Assembly: GCA_965219205.1 (NCBI GenBank)
Contig: CBDCMQ010000003.1
Location: 256,819 to 320,818, forward strand
Length of the DNA stretch: 64,000 nt
From: Dehalococcoidia bacterium
GTDB taxonomy: Bacteria; Chloroflexota; Dehalococcoidia; DSTF01; WHTK01
Direction: 5' to 3'
Shown: positions 18,962 to 27,203 of the stretch, piece by piece
Position numbering within the stretch: the stretch's first letter is position 1
How the letters are laid out: each line of letters begins with the position of its first letter
The notes under the pieces: generated by a model
What the model was told of the DNA's origin: nothing
Seen by the model: the letters and a program-made list of their open reading frames with translations, nothing else
The model's database searches: none
Made by a program: the position numbers and the translations under genes

Positions 18962-20079
18962 TGTACTCGTCCAGTAGATGCCGGACACTTACCTCCTCTC
19001 GGTGAATGCTAGCAGCCACTCTTGCGGCGTTAGATGGCCAAGGGCCTGATCGGGCCGGTAAGTGTTGTAACGCTGCTCCTGTTGGAGCAGCTGGGTTCTC
19101 AGTTGGCTGAACGAGTCGGGTGGGTCAACCAACTGGTAAAGCTCCTCTTTGTGGGTGCGCTGGGCTCGTTCCAGGCAGCCGTTGAGCTTGGGGGAGCGTG
19201 GTGGCAGCACAAAAAGCCGCAGCCCCTTCTGCTCACAGGCGGCCTCAAACTCGGCCCTGAACTCAGAGCCACCGTCCACCTGGATCGCCTTCACCGGACC
19301 CGGCATACGCTCGATGACCGTATCGAGGAAGTCGCGCGCCGTGCCGGCGGTAGCGCGGCCGTAGACACCCAAGACGTCCCAGCGGCTGACAATATCACGC
19401 GCCGAGAAGTGCTTGTAGGCATGGGTAATACCGGTCCAGCGCACGTCGGCGCTGTCCACCTGAACCAGATCTCCCGGCGCCTTGACGACGTAGTCTTTGG
19501 GCTTACGCACGGCATAGGGCCGCACCTGAGGCCGAGAGACGATGCAAGGGTCCTTCAGACTCGCAGGCCCCAGTTTGCCTTGGCGTCTGAGCCGGCTGAG
19601 GATGCGGCCCACCATCGAGACCGAGATAGTGACCCCTTGGCGTCTGAGGATCGGCTGTAGCTTGTCTTTGCCCCAGACGGGATTGTCTTGGCGCAGGCGT
19701 AGCACCGCTGCTTCGAACTCTAGGCTCCAAGTCGGCTTGCGGACCTGGTGTGGCCTATGGCTGCGGTCTTCCAGACCCCGCGGACCCTGGAGCCGGTAGC
19801 ACTCTAGCCACTGGTAAAGGGTTGAGCGGCTGCGTCCAAAGCGTCTTGCCGTCAGACTCACCTTCTCGCCGTGATCCTTGTGCCACTCAACAGCCCTGAG
19901 GCGCGCCTTCGCCTCACGTGATAGTCGTGGCTCCTCCCTGCCTTCCTGCGCTCCCTCTGGGAGGAGACGAGCCAGGGTTGGACCGCCTGGGATGATCGAC
20001 CCGTACGTCTGCATTGGGACTCCGTATCGTCCCTGCCTTCTCATCATTGTCGTGTACGGCATCTTTCTGAACGAGATCA
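18962..20079 (-). mobile_element. IS481-family-like insertion sequence, copy 1 (1118 bp)
   Basis: The ends TGTACTCGTCCAGTAGATGCCGGACAC and (reverse complement) TGATCTCGTTCAGAAAGATGCCGTACAC form ~28-bp imperfect IRs. Direct repeat GCATGC at 18956..18961 and 20080..20085. Near-identical to 36161..37278 and 42033..43151. Confidence 0.9.
18989..20062 (-). CDS. DDE (rve-type) transposase, IS481-like
   Basis: N-terminal HTH (SLTARRFGRSRSTLYQWLECY) plus integrase core with D (VQVDSAD), D (VDGGSEF) and E (CLERAQRT). Start placed at the first ATG inside the IS; it could be further downstream. Confidence 0.85.
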   Translation of the reverse strand: MPYTTMMRRQGRYGVPMQTYGSIIPGGPTLARLLPEGAQEGREEPRLSREAKARLRAVEWHKDHGEKVSLTARRFGRSRSTLYQWLECYRLQGPRGLEDRSHRPHQVRKPTWSLEFEAAVLRLRQDNPVWGKDKLQPILRRQGVTISVSMVGRILSRLRRQGKLGPASLKDPCIVSRPQVRPYAVRKPKDYVVKAPGDLVQVDSADVRWTGITHAYKHFSARDIVSRWDVLGVYGRATAGTARDFLDTVIERMPGPVKAIQVDGGSEFRAEFEAACEQKGLRLFVLPPRSPKLNGCLERAQRTHKEELYQLVDPPDSFSQLRTQLLQQEQRYNTYRPDQALGHLTPQEWLLAFTERR

Positions 20080-20081
20080 GC

Positions 20082-20309
20082 ATGCTTTATTGGGTGAGAA
20101 ACAAGAAGGGCCAAATTGCGGCAGAAGTCAGCGAGATAGGCCTCTCCGTGCATGACCAGAAGTTAAGCTGGCAACTCCAAAAGTTGAAGGAAGAAGGCGC
20201 TCCCCCCTTTAACGCTGGCGACGCCTCGGAAGGGCGGTCTTGGAATTTGGCCACGCTGCTGCCCTTCCTTGAGGAAAGCGATTACACGGTGGAGCGTCAG
20301 GACACGTAG
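20082..20309 (+). CDS. hypothetical 75-aa protein whose RBS was separated from its ATG by IS copy 1
   Basis: The ATG lies inside the right target duplication. The original AAAGGAG SD is now at 18947..18953, left of the IS. Confidence 0.3.
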   Translation: MLYWVRNKKGQIAAEVSEIGLSVHDQKLSWQLQKLKEEGAPPFNAGDASEGRSWNLATLLPFLEESDYTVERQDT

Positions 20310-20730
20310 CCTCGCCCTAAGCCATCTTTGCCTGGTCAGCCGTTCGCAGGAGTCGGGCCAGAAGCCTGCCCGCGCAGGCGGCGGGAGACATGTCTACAGA
20401 CAAGCCGGTTCGCGCGAGTAACCTGTGCGTATTCCTACCCGTCCTAAAAACGGCCTATCACGATGACCAAATCGTGCGGCATTTGGCGGAGTGCGCAAGG
20501 TTGAAACCGCTACCGGTTCGGGGGTCCCGGGATGTCTGGACAACGTACTCGCGTTGGGTTCGCCCTCACCGCCGTCTTCACGGATGTACTTCATCCCATG
20601 CATGTCATAGCCCTTGGCCAGGCGCGAGATTCGCTCGGTCAGAATCGAGCTTTTTGAGCCTGGCCGCTTATCATGCGGAAACAAATGACCCCGATGGCGA
20701 GGGCTCTGTATGAGTGGTGGCGCGTATCTT

Positions 20731-21462
20731 ATGAGACTCCGTCCGCTAATCTTCGGGCTTCTCACAGTATTCTCAGTCGTCTTTTTCGCCTGCGGGCGCA
20801 GCGACGAGGCCAAACTTGTTCCCGCAGCGACAGACTCTCCGGTGGTCAGCCCGACCAGCACACCAGTGCCTCCAACAGCACCTCCACCAAACATTGCCTC
20901 ATCGAAAGCTCCGGACAGGACGAGCTGCACGGAGATTCGGGGCACTGTGTATCGAAGCTCTACAGAACGAAGTTTCTATCTAGAAAGCTGCGTTGATCGG
21001 ACAAACTGCGCTGAGATCGAGGGGACCCAGTATCGTAGCTCCACCGAGCAAATCTGGTACTCGGCGAACTGCGTTGGTTCCGGAACTCCGGTCCCAGCCG
21101 CCAGTTCCACCGTCGTCAATGGTGGAGCAAATGCTGAGCCTGCTTCGGGTCGAACTACCGATGTAGCGAGTTCGGCCGCCAGGTTTTCGGTCGGCAAAAC
21201 AGTGACGATCTGTGGCGTGGTTTCCGGGGCGAGCTACCAGGGTTCTGTAAACGGCAGACCGACGTTCATCAACCTTGACAGGCCGTTCCCGAATCAAACA
21301 TTTACGGCGCTCATTTGGGGTGACAAGCATGGCAACTTCAACCCGCCGCCTGAGCAGCAGTTTGGCGCCGGCAAGTGCGTTAGGGTTACGGGCTTAGTTG
21401 AAACCTTCCGAGGTGATCCGCAAATTGTAGTCAGCAGCCCAAGCCAGCTATCTCTCTGCTGA
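20731..21462 (+). CDS. secreted lipoprotein with duplicated Cys-bracketed motif and OB-fold-like C-terminal domain
   Basis: Signal peptide and lipobox MRLRPLIFGLLTVFSVVFFAC, then a Pro/Thr linker. Two ~24-aa repeats follow (CTEIRGTVYRSSTERSFYLESCV / CAEIEGTQYRSSTEQIWYSANCV). An alternative ATG is at 20710. Confidence 0.6.
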   Translation: MRLRPLIFGLLTVFSVVFFACGRSDEAKLVPAATDSPVVSPTSTPVPPTAPPPNIASSKAPDRTSCTEIRGTVYRSSTERSFYLESCVDRTNCAEIEGTQYRSSTEQIWYSANCVGSGTPVPAASSTVVNGGANAEPASGRTTDVASSAARFSVGKTVTICGVVSGASYQGSVNGRPTFINLDRPFPNQTFTALIWGDKHGNFNPPPEQQFGAGKCVRVTGLVETFRGDPQIVVSSPSQLSLC

Positions 21463-21612
21463 AGGCCGACCTCTTCCCAACGCACCGATCGGGTGAAGGC
21501 TCCCAACAAGCGACGGCATCTATAACAAGCGACGGCGGCGCTAAACGGAATCCTGCGGGTTGACTCAGAGGAGAGACGCCAGACCGCAATTTTGGCGAGC
21601 CTCATCCGCCCG

Positions 21613-22956
21613 CTAAGCCAGCTTCGAAACCAAAAGGGCCGCCAGTCCGAGAAAGAACAAGAAACCCATAACGTCAGCAACGGTGACAATAACGCCGGAC
21701 GCCAAGGCGGGATCGACTTTGAAGCGCCGCAAAGTGATTGGCACCAGAACCCCGCTTATCACCGCGTTACCAATGTTTGCAAGCAGCGCCACACCCACGA
21801 TCAGTCCCAACCAGGCGTTCCCCTTCCAAGCCCAAGCGACCACTCCAACAGACGCTCCAATGACCAGCCCGTTGACCAACGCGATAATCGCCTCACGCCG
21901 CATTACTCGCATTCCGTCGCGCACCTCGACCTCGCCCAGCGCGATAGAACGCACAACCAGAGTTAGCGTCTGCAAGCCCGCGTTGCCTGCCATACCACCA
22001 ACCATCGGTAGAAAAACCGCCAGCACCGCCACTCTTTCAATTGTTCCTTCGAAGAAGCTGACCACCAGCGCCTCAAGCAGCGCCGTCATCAGGTTGAGCA
22101 TTAGCCAGCCTAGCCGTGGCGGCACGGCTTCCCTAACCGGACGGAAAATTCGCTCCTCTTCAGCCAGGCCAGCCATCCGATAGATGTCCTCCGTTGCTTC
22201 CTCCACCAAAACATCGATCACGTCGTCTGCCGTCAGAACGCCTCGCAGCCGGTCGTCCTCATCGACTACCGGCAGCGCCAGGAGATTGTAGTGCCGCATG
22301 CGCTCTGCCACCGCTTCCTGATCTTCGCTGACCCGCACGCTTAGTACCTCGTCGCGCGTAATCGACCCGATTTCCATCTCGGACCCGGAGGCAACCAGCC
22401 GGCGCAGGCTGACCGTTCCTGTCAAATGCCCATCATCATCGACGACGTAGAGGTAGAACGGGTGCGTCTCATCCGGAGCCTCCCGCCTCAAGAACTCAAT
22501 TGCCTCGTTAACGGTCCAAACGCGCTTTAGTGCCACATAATTGGGCGACATGCGACCACCGGCACTCTGCTCAGCGTAGCCGAGCAGTTCCTGAACAGAC
22601 TCGCGAAGCAGCTGGGCAACCTCGGTCGCTTGGGCCGGCGACAGGTCCTGAACGATGTCAGCAGCGACGTCTTCATCGACTCGATCGAGAACTGGAGTCA
22701 GGAGAGACGCGGGCAGGTCTGAAACCAGCTCCGCGCGCAGTTTTTGATTCAAGTATTCGAGAACAATCGCCATCTGCTCAGGCGACAGCGCCCTCATAAG
22801 CTGTTCCCGAATGGCGCCCTCTTGTTTCTCAATTACCTCAGCCTGGTCCGCCGGATGATGACGAGCCAGTAGATCGGCGGCATTTCCAAACTCCCTGGCT
22901 AAGAGAAGTTCAGCGATTCGCGCTCGCAGGGATTCGGTCTGCTCCAAATTCGCCAT
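21613..22956 (-). CDS. mgtE: magnesium transporter MgtE
   Basis: 447 aa with N-domain, tandem CBS domains and a C-terminal 5-TM MgtE channel domain (GNAGLQTLTLVVR..). Confidence 0.9.
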   Translation of the reverse strand: MANLEQTESLRARIAELLLAREFGNAADLLARHHPADQAEVIEKQEGAIREQLMRALSPEQMAIVLEYLNQKLRAELVSDLPASLLTPVLDRVDEDVAADIVQDLSPAQATEVAQLLRESVQELLGYAEQSAGGRMSPNYVALKRVWTVNEAIEFLRREAPDETHPFYLYVVDDDGHLTGTVSLRRLVASGSEMEIGSITRDEVLSVRVSEDQEAVAERMRHYNLLALPVVDEDDRLRGVLTADDVIDVLVEEATEDIYRMAGLAEEERIFRPVREAVPPRLGWLMLNLMTALLEALVVSFFEGTIERVAVLAVFLPMVGGMAGNAGLQTLTLVVRSIALGEVEVRDGMRVMRREAIIALVNGLVIGASVGVVAWAWKGNAWLGLIVGVALLANIGNAVISGVLVPITLRRFKVDPALASGVIVTVADVMGFLFFLGLAALLVSKLA

Positions 22957-23151
22957 GGCAGTACCAGATTATCAGCCCAGGGCAGGATGGCCTGTTGGGT
23001 TCTGGACCAGAAAGTTTCCCAGATCGAGAAGGTCTAGCGCGTCAAATTCGCTGATTGAGGCCGCGCGGTCAGACCAAAGGCATGATTCTGTCGACTGGCA
23101 AACCGAGAGCTTGCTGCTCAACTGATTTCTCTCTAGACATACCCCGAGGTG

Positions 23152-23846
23152 CTAAGCGGCCGTGGCGCCTCCACTCAATCGCTTCCGCCAAGGCGCCGAG
23201 CGCTCTTCTGCCAGTCTCACCAGCTCAGTCCCGTCACCTTCGTCTTGCGGTGAGATAGCGATGCCCACGATGCAATCCTTGTCCTCGAGTTTAGCCATCA
23301 TCCGTTTCAACAGTTCAAAGGCGCCTGCTCGATCCGTTTCGGTCAGGCAGATCCCACGCTGTTGAAATCGAGCATCCCGACCAGATCGGTGGTACTCGCA
23401 CAATCCATTGCGACTCGAGGCAGCGAATCGGTCGACTCCGTCGGTTTGGTCTGATTAGGTAGGCCACCGGGCAAACCAGCCGCATCCGAGATGCATTTGA
23501 CGGTTAAGAGCGCCATCGTCTGGCCATAACGCCTGGAGCGGCGAGCCTCCTCTTCCAATCTGAGCTCGAAATACCATCGAGCCAGGACGCCATGAACCTG
23601 ATCTTAGATAGCGAGCTTACGCTCGCGTCGCGCCAGCTTTTCCGCCTCGACCACGAGACCCAGGGGCTTCTGATTCTTGCTACGTCCAATTACTGTTAGC
23701 CAAAGCAAGAGGAAGATCGCGACTAAGCCGCCGATCGCGAAAAGCTGGAACTGTTCCCGGCTCAAAAAGAAAGAGCCGGTCACGAAAATGGCGAACGCTG
23801 GTACCAACAAAATCAGCGAGAGGCTCTGGCGAGTAATGTACTTCAC
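23152..23846 (-). pseudogene. membrane-anchored degenerate GGDEF-domain protein, disrupted
   Basis: The TM ORF 23604..23846 ends at TAA 23604..23606. The same frame then continues as DQVHGVLARWYFELRLEEEARRSRRYGQTMALLTV (GGDEF N-terminal signature). A frameshift near 23345 joins it to ..ICLTETDRAGAFELL..IVGIAIS... The GGDEF motif is replaced by DFNSV. Confidence 0.5.
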
Positions 23847-24051
23847 TACTAAGTATCGTCCGGTGATTACGTTAGGTTGAGGCTCTTGACTACGAACTCG
23901 ATGGGTTCGGGAACCGAGACCCTAGTTACTCGTACCTTCGAAAACGTCTCTGCGATTGCAGCGAAGAGAGGGCTGCCTGCAGCGTTGCGTTTATAATGTT
24001 AGGCACTAGCGCCTGTACCTTAGTTAATCATTTTTGAAGTAGGGGCAAAAA

Positions 24052-25389
24052 ATGACAGTTGCATATCGAAGCGAAGAGATGTTGCGAATGGTGGACCCGG
24101 ATACGGGTACCGTCGATCGCCGCATGTTCACAGACCGCGACATTTACGAGATGGAGTTGGAGCGCATCTTTGCTCGCGCCTGGAACTTCATGGCGCACGA
24201 CTCGCAAATCCCCTACCCTGGCGACTTTTTCATGACCTACATCGGCGAGGACCGTGTGATCTGCGTCCGCGATAAAGACGGCAACCCCCAGGTCCTGGTC
24301 AATACCTGCCGCCACCGCGGCAACGCCGTCTGTCGGGCCGAGGAAGGCCACGCCACGTCGTTCATGTGCACCTACCACGGTTGGACCTACGATCTGAAGG
24401 GTGATCTTGTGGGAGTGCCGGGCTTCAAGGAGGTCTACCACGAAGAGCTCGACCGTGGGAACTGGGGCCTGATCAAGGCCGGCCAGGTCGATAGCTACAA
24501 GGGATTCATCTTCGCCAACATGGACCCGGATGCCGTCGGCCTTGAGGAATACCTCGGAGAGACTGGACAGATCGGCCTCAGCCTCCTCGCCGAACGTGGC
24601 TCTGACATGACAGTCGTTCCCGGTATCCAAAAATACACCATCCAGTGCAACTGGAAGCTCGCGGTCGACAACCTCTTCGATTGGTACCACGTCGATGTCA
24701 GCCACGGGTCAGCGATTATGTCCGGTATGATGGGCCCGCCCAAGCCCGGCGGTGGCTCTCCGAACCCACTCGATCAAACCCAGTTTGTCGCCCTTGGAAA
24801 CTACGGACATGCGATCAGCGGACCCTTGTCCTTCATTCCGGCGAGCGGCGAGACGCTGGAGGTACCCGGGCTGGACGAATCCTGGCGTGAGCGGCCCGAA
24901 GCCAGAGAGTCCCTGCCCCCAGCCATAATCCAGACCATGGCTCACCCAAACATCTTTCCCAACCTTTGGGTGGCCCATAACGTCTCCCAGCTCAGCCAGC
25001 GCCACCCCAAAGGGCCCGGCACCACGGAAATCTGGTGGTTTACCTTCCTAGACAAGAGCCAGCCTGAACCCAGCTATCACATGAAGCGCTGGTTGGCCGT
25101 TCATGCCTTCGGACCAGCCGGCATTCTTGAACAGGACGATGGCGAGAACTGGGGCGAAAGCACCAAGGGCGCCGCCGGCACGGTCAGCAGCCGCTTTCCG
25201 CTGAACTTCTCAATGGGCCGCACCCACGGCGAGATTATTGACGACGAGTCCGGCCCGCTGCGCATCGAACCCCCGGTCAACGAGCACGCCCAGTTATGGA
25301 CCTATCGCTCCTGGGCAGACTGGATGACTGCGGAAAGCTGGGCTGACCTCAAAGCCAACCACACGCCGGCGCCCACCAACCGAGTGTAA
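24052..25389 (+). CDS. aromatic ring-hydroxylating (Rieske non-haem iron) oxygenase, alpha subunit
   Basis: 445 aa with Rieske motif CRHRGNAVCRAEEGHATSFMCTYHGW and a catalytic domain with DNLFDWYHVDVSH. Confidence 0.88.
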   Translation: MTVAYRSEEMLRMVDPDTGTVDRRMFTDRDIYEMELERIFARAWNFMAHDSQIPYPGDFFMTYIGEDRVICVRDKDGNPQVLVNTCRHRGNAVCRAEEGHATSFMCTYHGWTYDLKGDLVGVPGFKEVYHEELDRGNWGLIKAGQVDSYKGFIFANMDPDAVGLEEYLGETGQIGLSLLAERGSDMTVVPGIQKYTIQCNWKLAVDNLFDWYHVDVSHGSAIMSGMMGPPKPGGGSPNPLDQTQFVALGNYGHAISGPLSFIPASGETLEVPGLDESWRERPEARESLPPAIIQTMAHPNIFPNLWVAHNVSQLSQRHPKGPGTTEIWWFTFLDKSQPEPSYHMKRWLAVHAFGPAGILEQDDGENWGESTKGAAGTVSSRFPLNFSMGRTHGEIIDDESGPLRIEPPVNEHAQLWTYRSWADWMTAESWADLKANHTPAPTNRV

Positions 25390-25440
25390 CCGGTCGAGCG
25401 CAGCAGGACCGCGTTTAGCAGGAGACAACCCTGCCTTTGG

Positions 25441-25507
25441 ACCCGGCAAGCTGGTGCCAAAGATGGCTTCGCCTATTCGCACACGCATTGCCGGCAGTTC
25501 AAAAAAT
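25441..25507 (-). repeat. palindromic repeat unit (long inner-hairpin variant)
   Basis: The reverse complement is TTTTTGAACTGCCGGCAATGCGTGTGCGAATAGGCGAAGCCATCTTTGGCACCAGCTTGCCGGG. Confidence 0.75.
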
Positions 25508-25541
25508 CCTCGCGTTTAACTGTGGCAAACGGCAATCAGAA

Positions 25542-25575
25542 GGGGCGGCAAATTTGCCGCCCCTTTACTTTGGTT
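25542..25575 (+). terminator. bidirectional intrinsic terminator candidate
   Basis: Perfect palindrome GGGGCGGCAAA/TTTGCCGCCCC (25542..25564) followed by TTTACTTTGGTTT. It lies between convergent genes (Rieske alpha and isochorismatase-like). Confidence 0.6.
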
Positions 25576-25588
25576 TCCGAGTAGCTTT

Positions 25589-26239
25589 CTAGTTTATTGC
25601 TGCAACCACATCACTGGTTGGCATCACCGCATTGGCGAGGAAGCGGTAGTTTGTCAAAGCTGTCTCATATCCGTTGCCCAGCTCCGGATGCACGGCCGCC
25701 GCCGTCGCATCGGTCACCACAGCAACCTCAAAACCTTGCTCCAACAGTTCACGCAGGTGAGCCTCGGTACAAAGATTGGCTGACATCCCCCCCAAGATAA
25801 CCTTGCTCTTACCCCGCTTGCGCAGCTGCAACACCAAGTCGTTTGATTCCGGACCGTAAACCTTGTGCAGGCTGGCGATGACTGTCTTGCCGTCGGCAAT
25901 GAACGGCTTGTACCGCTCCAGCCAGTCCGCCGCTCCTGAGCCCTCGAAACCTTCGGTGTTTAGAGCACCCTTGCGGTCAAACATGTTGATCTCGTGCATC
26001 ATGCTTTCTACGGTGCCGCCAAACTTCCAACCCCGGTCGGTTGGAGAGTAGTAGTGCGGCGAGATGAAGACATCGTAGCCCTTCTGTTTCGCCGCCTTCA
26101 GCAGCTGTTCGATGTGCTCCACGGTGCCGTTTTCCTCGACACTGGCGCCGACCAACCCCCAGGTCACCCCATCAGGACTGAGAAAGTCATTTTGTGGGTC
26201 TGTGATAACAAGCGCTGTATCTTTAGAATCGAAATCCAT
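25589..26239 (-). CDS. isochorismatase-family cysteine hydrolase
   Basis: From ATG 26239: MDFDSKDTALVITDPQNDF... and ..ILGGMSANLCTEAHLRE (catalytic Cys region). Confidence 0.85.
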   Translation of the reverse strand: MDFDSKDTALVITDPQNDFLSPDGVTWGLVGASVEENGTVEHIEQLLKAAKQKGYDVFISPHYYSPTDRGWKFGGTVESMMHEINMFDRKGALNTEGFEGSGAADWLERYKPFIADGKTVIASLHKVYGPESNDLVLQLRKRGKSKVILGGMSANLCTEAHLRELLEQGFEVAVVTDATAAAVHPELGNGYETALTNYRFLANAVMPTSDVVAAIN

Positions 26240-26561
26240 CCTTTTACCCCTCTTTACGCCTTTCAATGGCAGTGCTGGCTTACTTAAGTTCCCGGATGCT
26301 TTGCAATCGAAGTTTCCTGGAGTCTGGTTCTCGATTCCGAGTTCTTGAAACGGTGCCGCGGAAAATCCGTTACCAAGATACTAAGCTGGCATGAAGGAGC
26401 CCGGAACGGCAAAACAGAGACTCAGGAATGCCTGAAAAGTCCCCAACCAACTGCCGCTAGGAGGGACAAAATATCGTCATTTTGGGGCAGGAAATAGGTA
26501 TGCGACGGGTCTAATGGCCACTTCTGCACCCGGCCGGGCATCAGTTAACCATCGAAGAGAG

Positions 26562-27203
26562 CTAATCAACCGATTCTCGGACGAGGCCGCGGCGGACCGC
26601 CAGAAGCCCAGCCTGTGTCCGGTTTGCGACATTGAGTTTGCCGAGAATTCGGCTCGTATGCTTGGCTACCGTGTGCTCGTGAACGAAGAGCTTTCCCGCG
26701 ATTTCCTGATTCGAAAGACCTTCGCCGATCAGCGCCAGCACTTCCTTCTCAAGGTTTGATAGAGCTGCGAGGGGGTCATCCGCGGGACGCTGCAGCTTGC
26801 CTACCACGGCACGAACCGCCTTGGCGTCGAGTGAGGAGCGGCCTTCGTACACTTCGCGTATGCCGGTAACTAGCTGCTCCGGTGGCGATTCCTTTAGTAG
26901 GAAACCCAGGGCACCGGCCTCGATGGCAGCGAAGATCTTCCCCTCATCGCCGAAGCTCGTCAATACCAGAATTCGAGCCTGAGGATTCTCGTGTTTGATC
27001 TCTAAAATCGCTTCCACTCCGTCTTTGAGAGGCATGACGAGGTCAAGCAAGATTACATGTGGGTTCAAAAAACGGGCTTTGTCCACGGCATCGTGGCCGT
27101 CCACAGCCTCACCGACAACCTCCATGCCGTCTTGCACGCCGACCAGCGCCTTCAGCCCCTGGCGGACCACCGGGTGGTCATCGGCAATGAGAATCTTGAT
27201 CAC
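26562..27203 (-). CDS. response regulator, NarL/FixJ (LuxR HTH) family
   Basis: 213 aa with REC domain (ILIADDHPVVRQGL...LLDLVMP) and a C-terminal LuxR HTH (LSNLEKEVLALIGEGLSNQEIAGKLFVHEHTVAKH). Confidence 0.9.
   Translation of the reverse strand: MIKILIADDHPVVRQGLKALVGVQDGMEVVGEAVDGHDAVDKARFLNPHVILLDLVMPLKDGVEAILEIKHENPQARILVLTSFGDEGKIFAAIEAGALGFLLKESPPEQLVTGIREVYEGRSSLDAKAVRAVVGKLQRPADDPLAALSNLEKEVLALIGEGLSNQEIAGKLFVHEHTVAKHTSRILGKLNVANRTQAGLLAVRRGLVRESVD

Noticed and set aside
20394-20700. Possible second tyrosine-recombinase C-terminal fragment (..FPHDKRPGSKSSILTERISRLAKGYDMHGMKYI.. on the minus strand)
   Set aside because: It only loosely resembles the HxLRH...LGH...Y pattern, and key residues do not align convincingly by eye. 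The upstream half of the ORF overlaps the lipoprotein gene. It is not reported as a feature. An HMM search (PF00589) would settle it.
22957-23151. M-box (ykoK) magnesium riboswitch upstream of mgtE
   Set aside because: I read the 195-nt leader on the minus strand and could not find the conserved M-box blocks (for example GUUAGGUGAGGCUCCU ... CUGCCC ... CUAAAGCUCUACG). Only trivial matches (CCTGCCC, AACAGG) are present. A cmscan would be decisive.
16954-23900. attL/attR direct repeat of the tRNA-Asn 3' end delimiting the island
   Set aside because: I searched by eye for GGTTCGAGTCCTCGTCGGGGAGCCA or sub-strings of 12 nt or more downstream and found none. The island boundary therefore remains unproven.
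24028-24705. Long antisense ORFs opposite real genes (24028..24705, 972..1757, 19034..19660 and its IS copies, 39464..40081, 58889..59488, 31263..31997, 62849..63334)
   Set aside because: These are typical GC-rich shadow ORFs. They lie opposite genes with clear motif support, their products are Arg/Gly/Pro/Ala-rich with no motifs, and they lack SD sequences.
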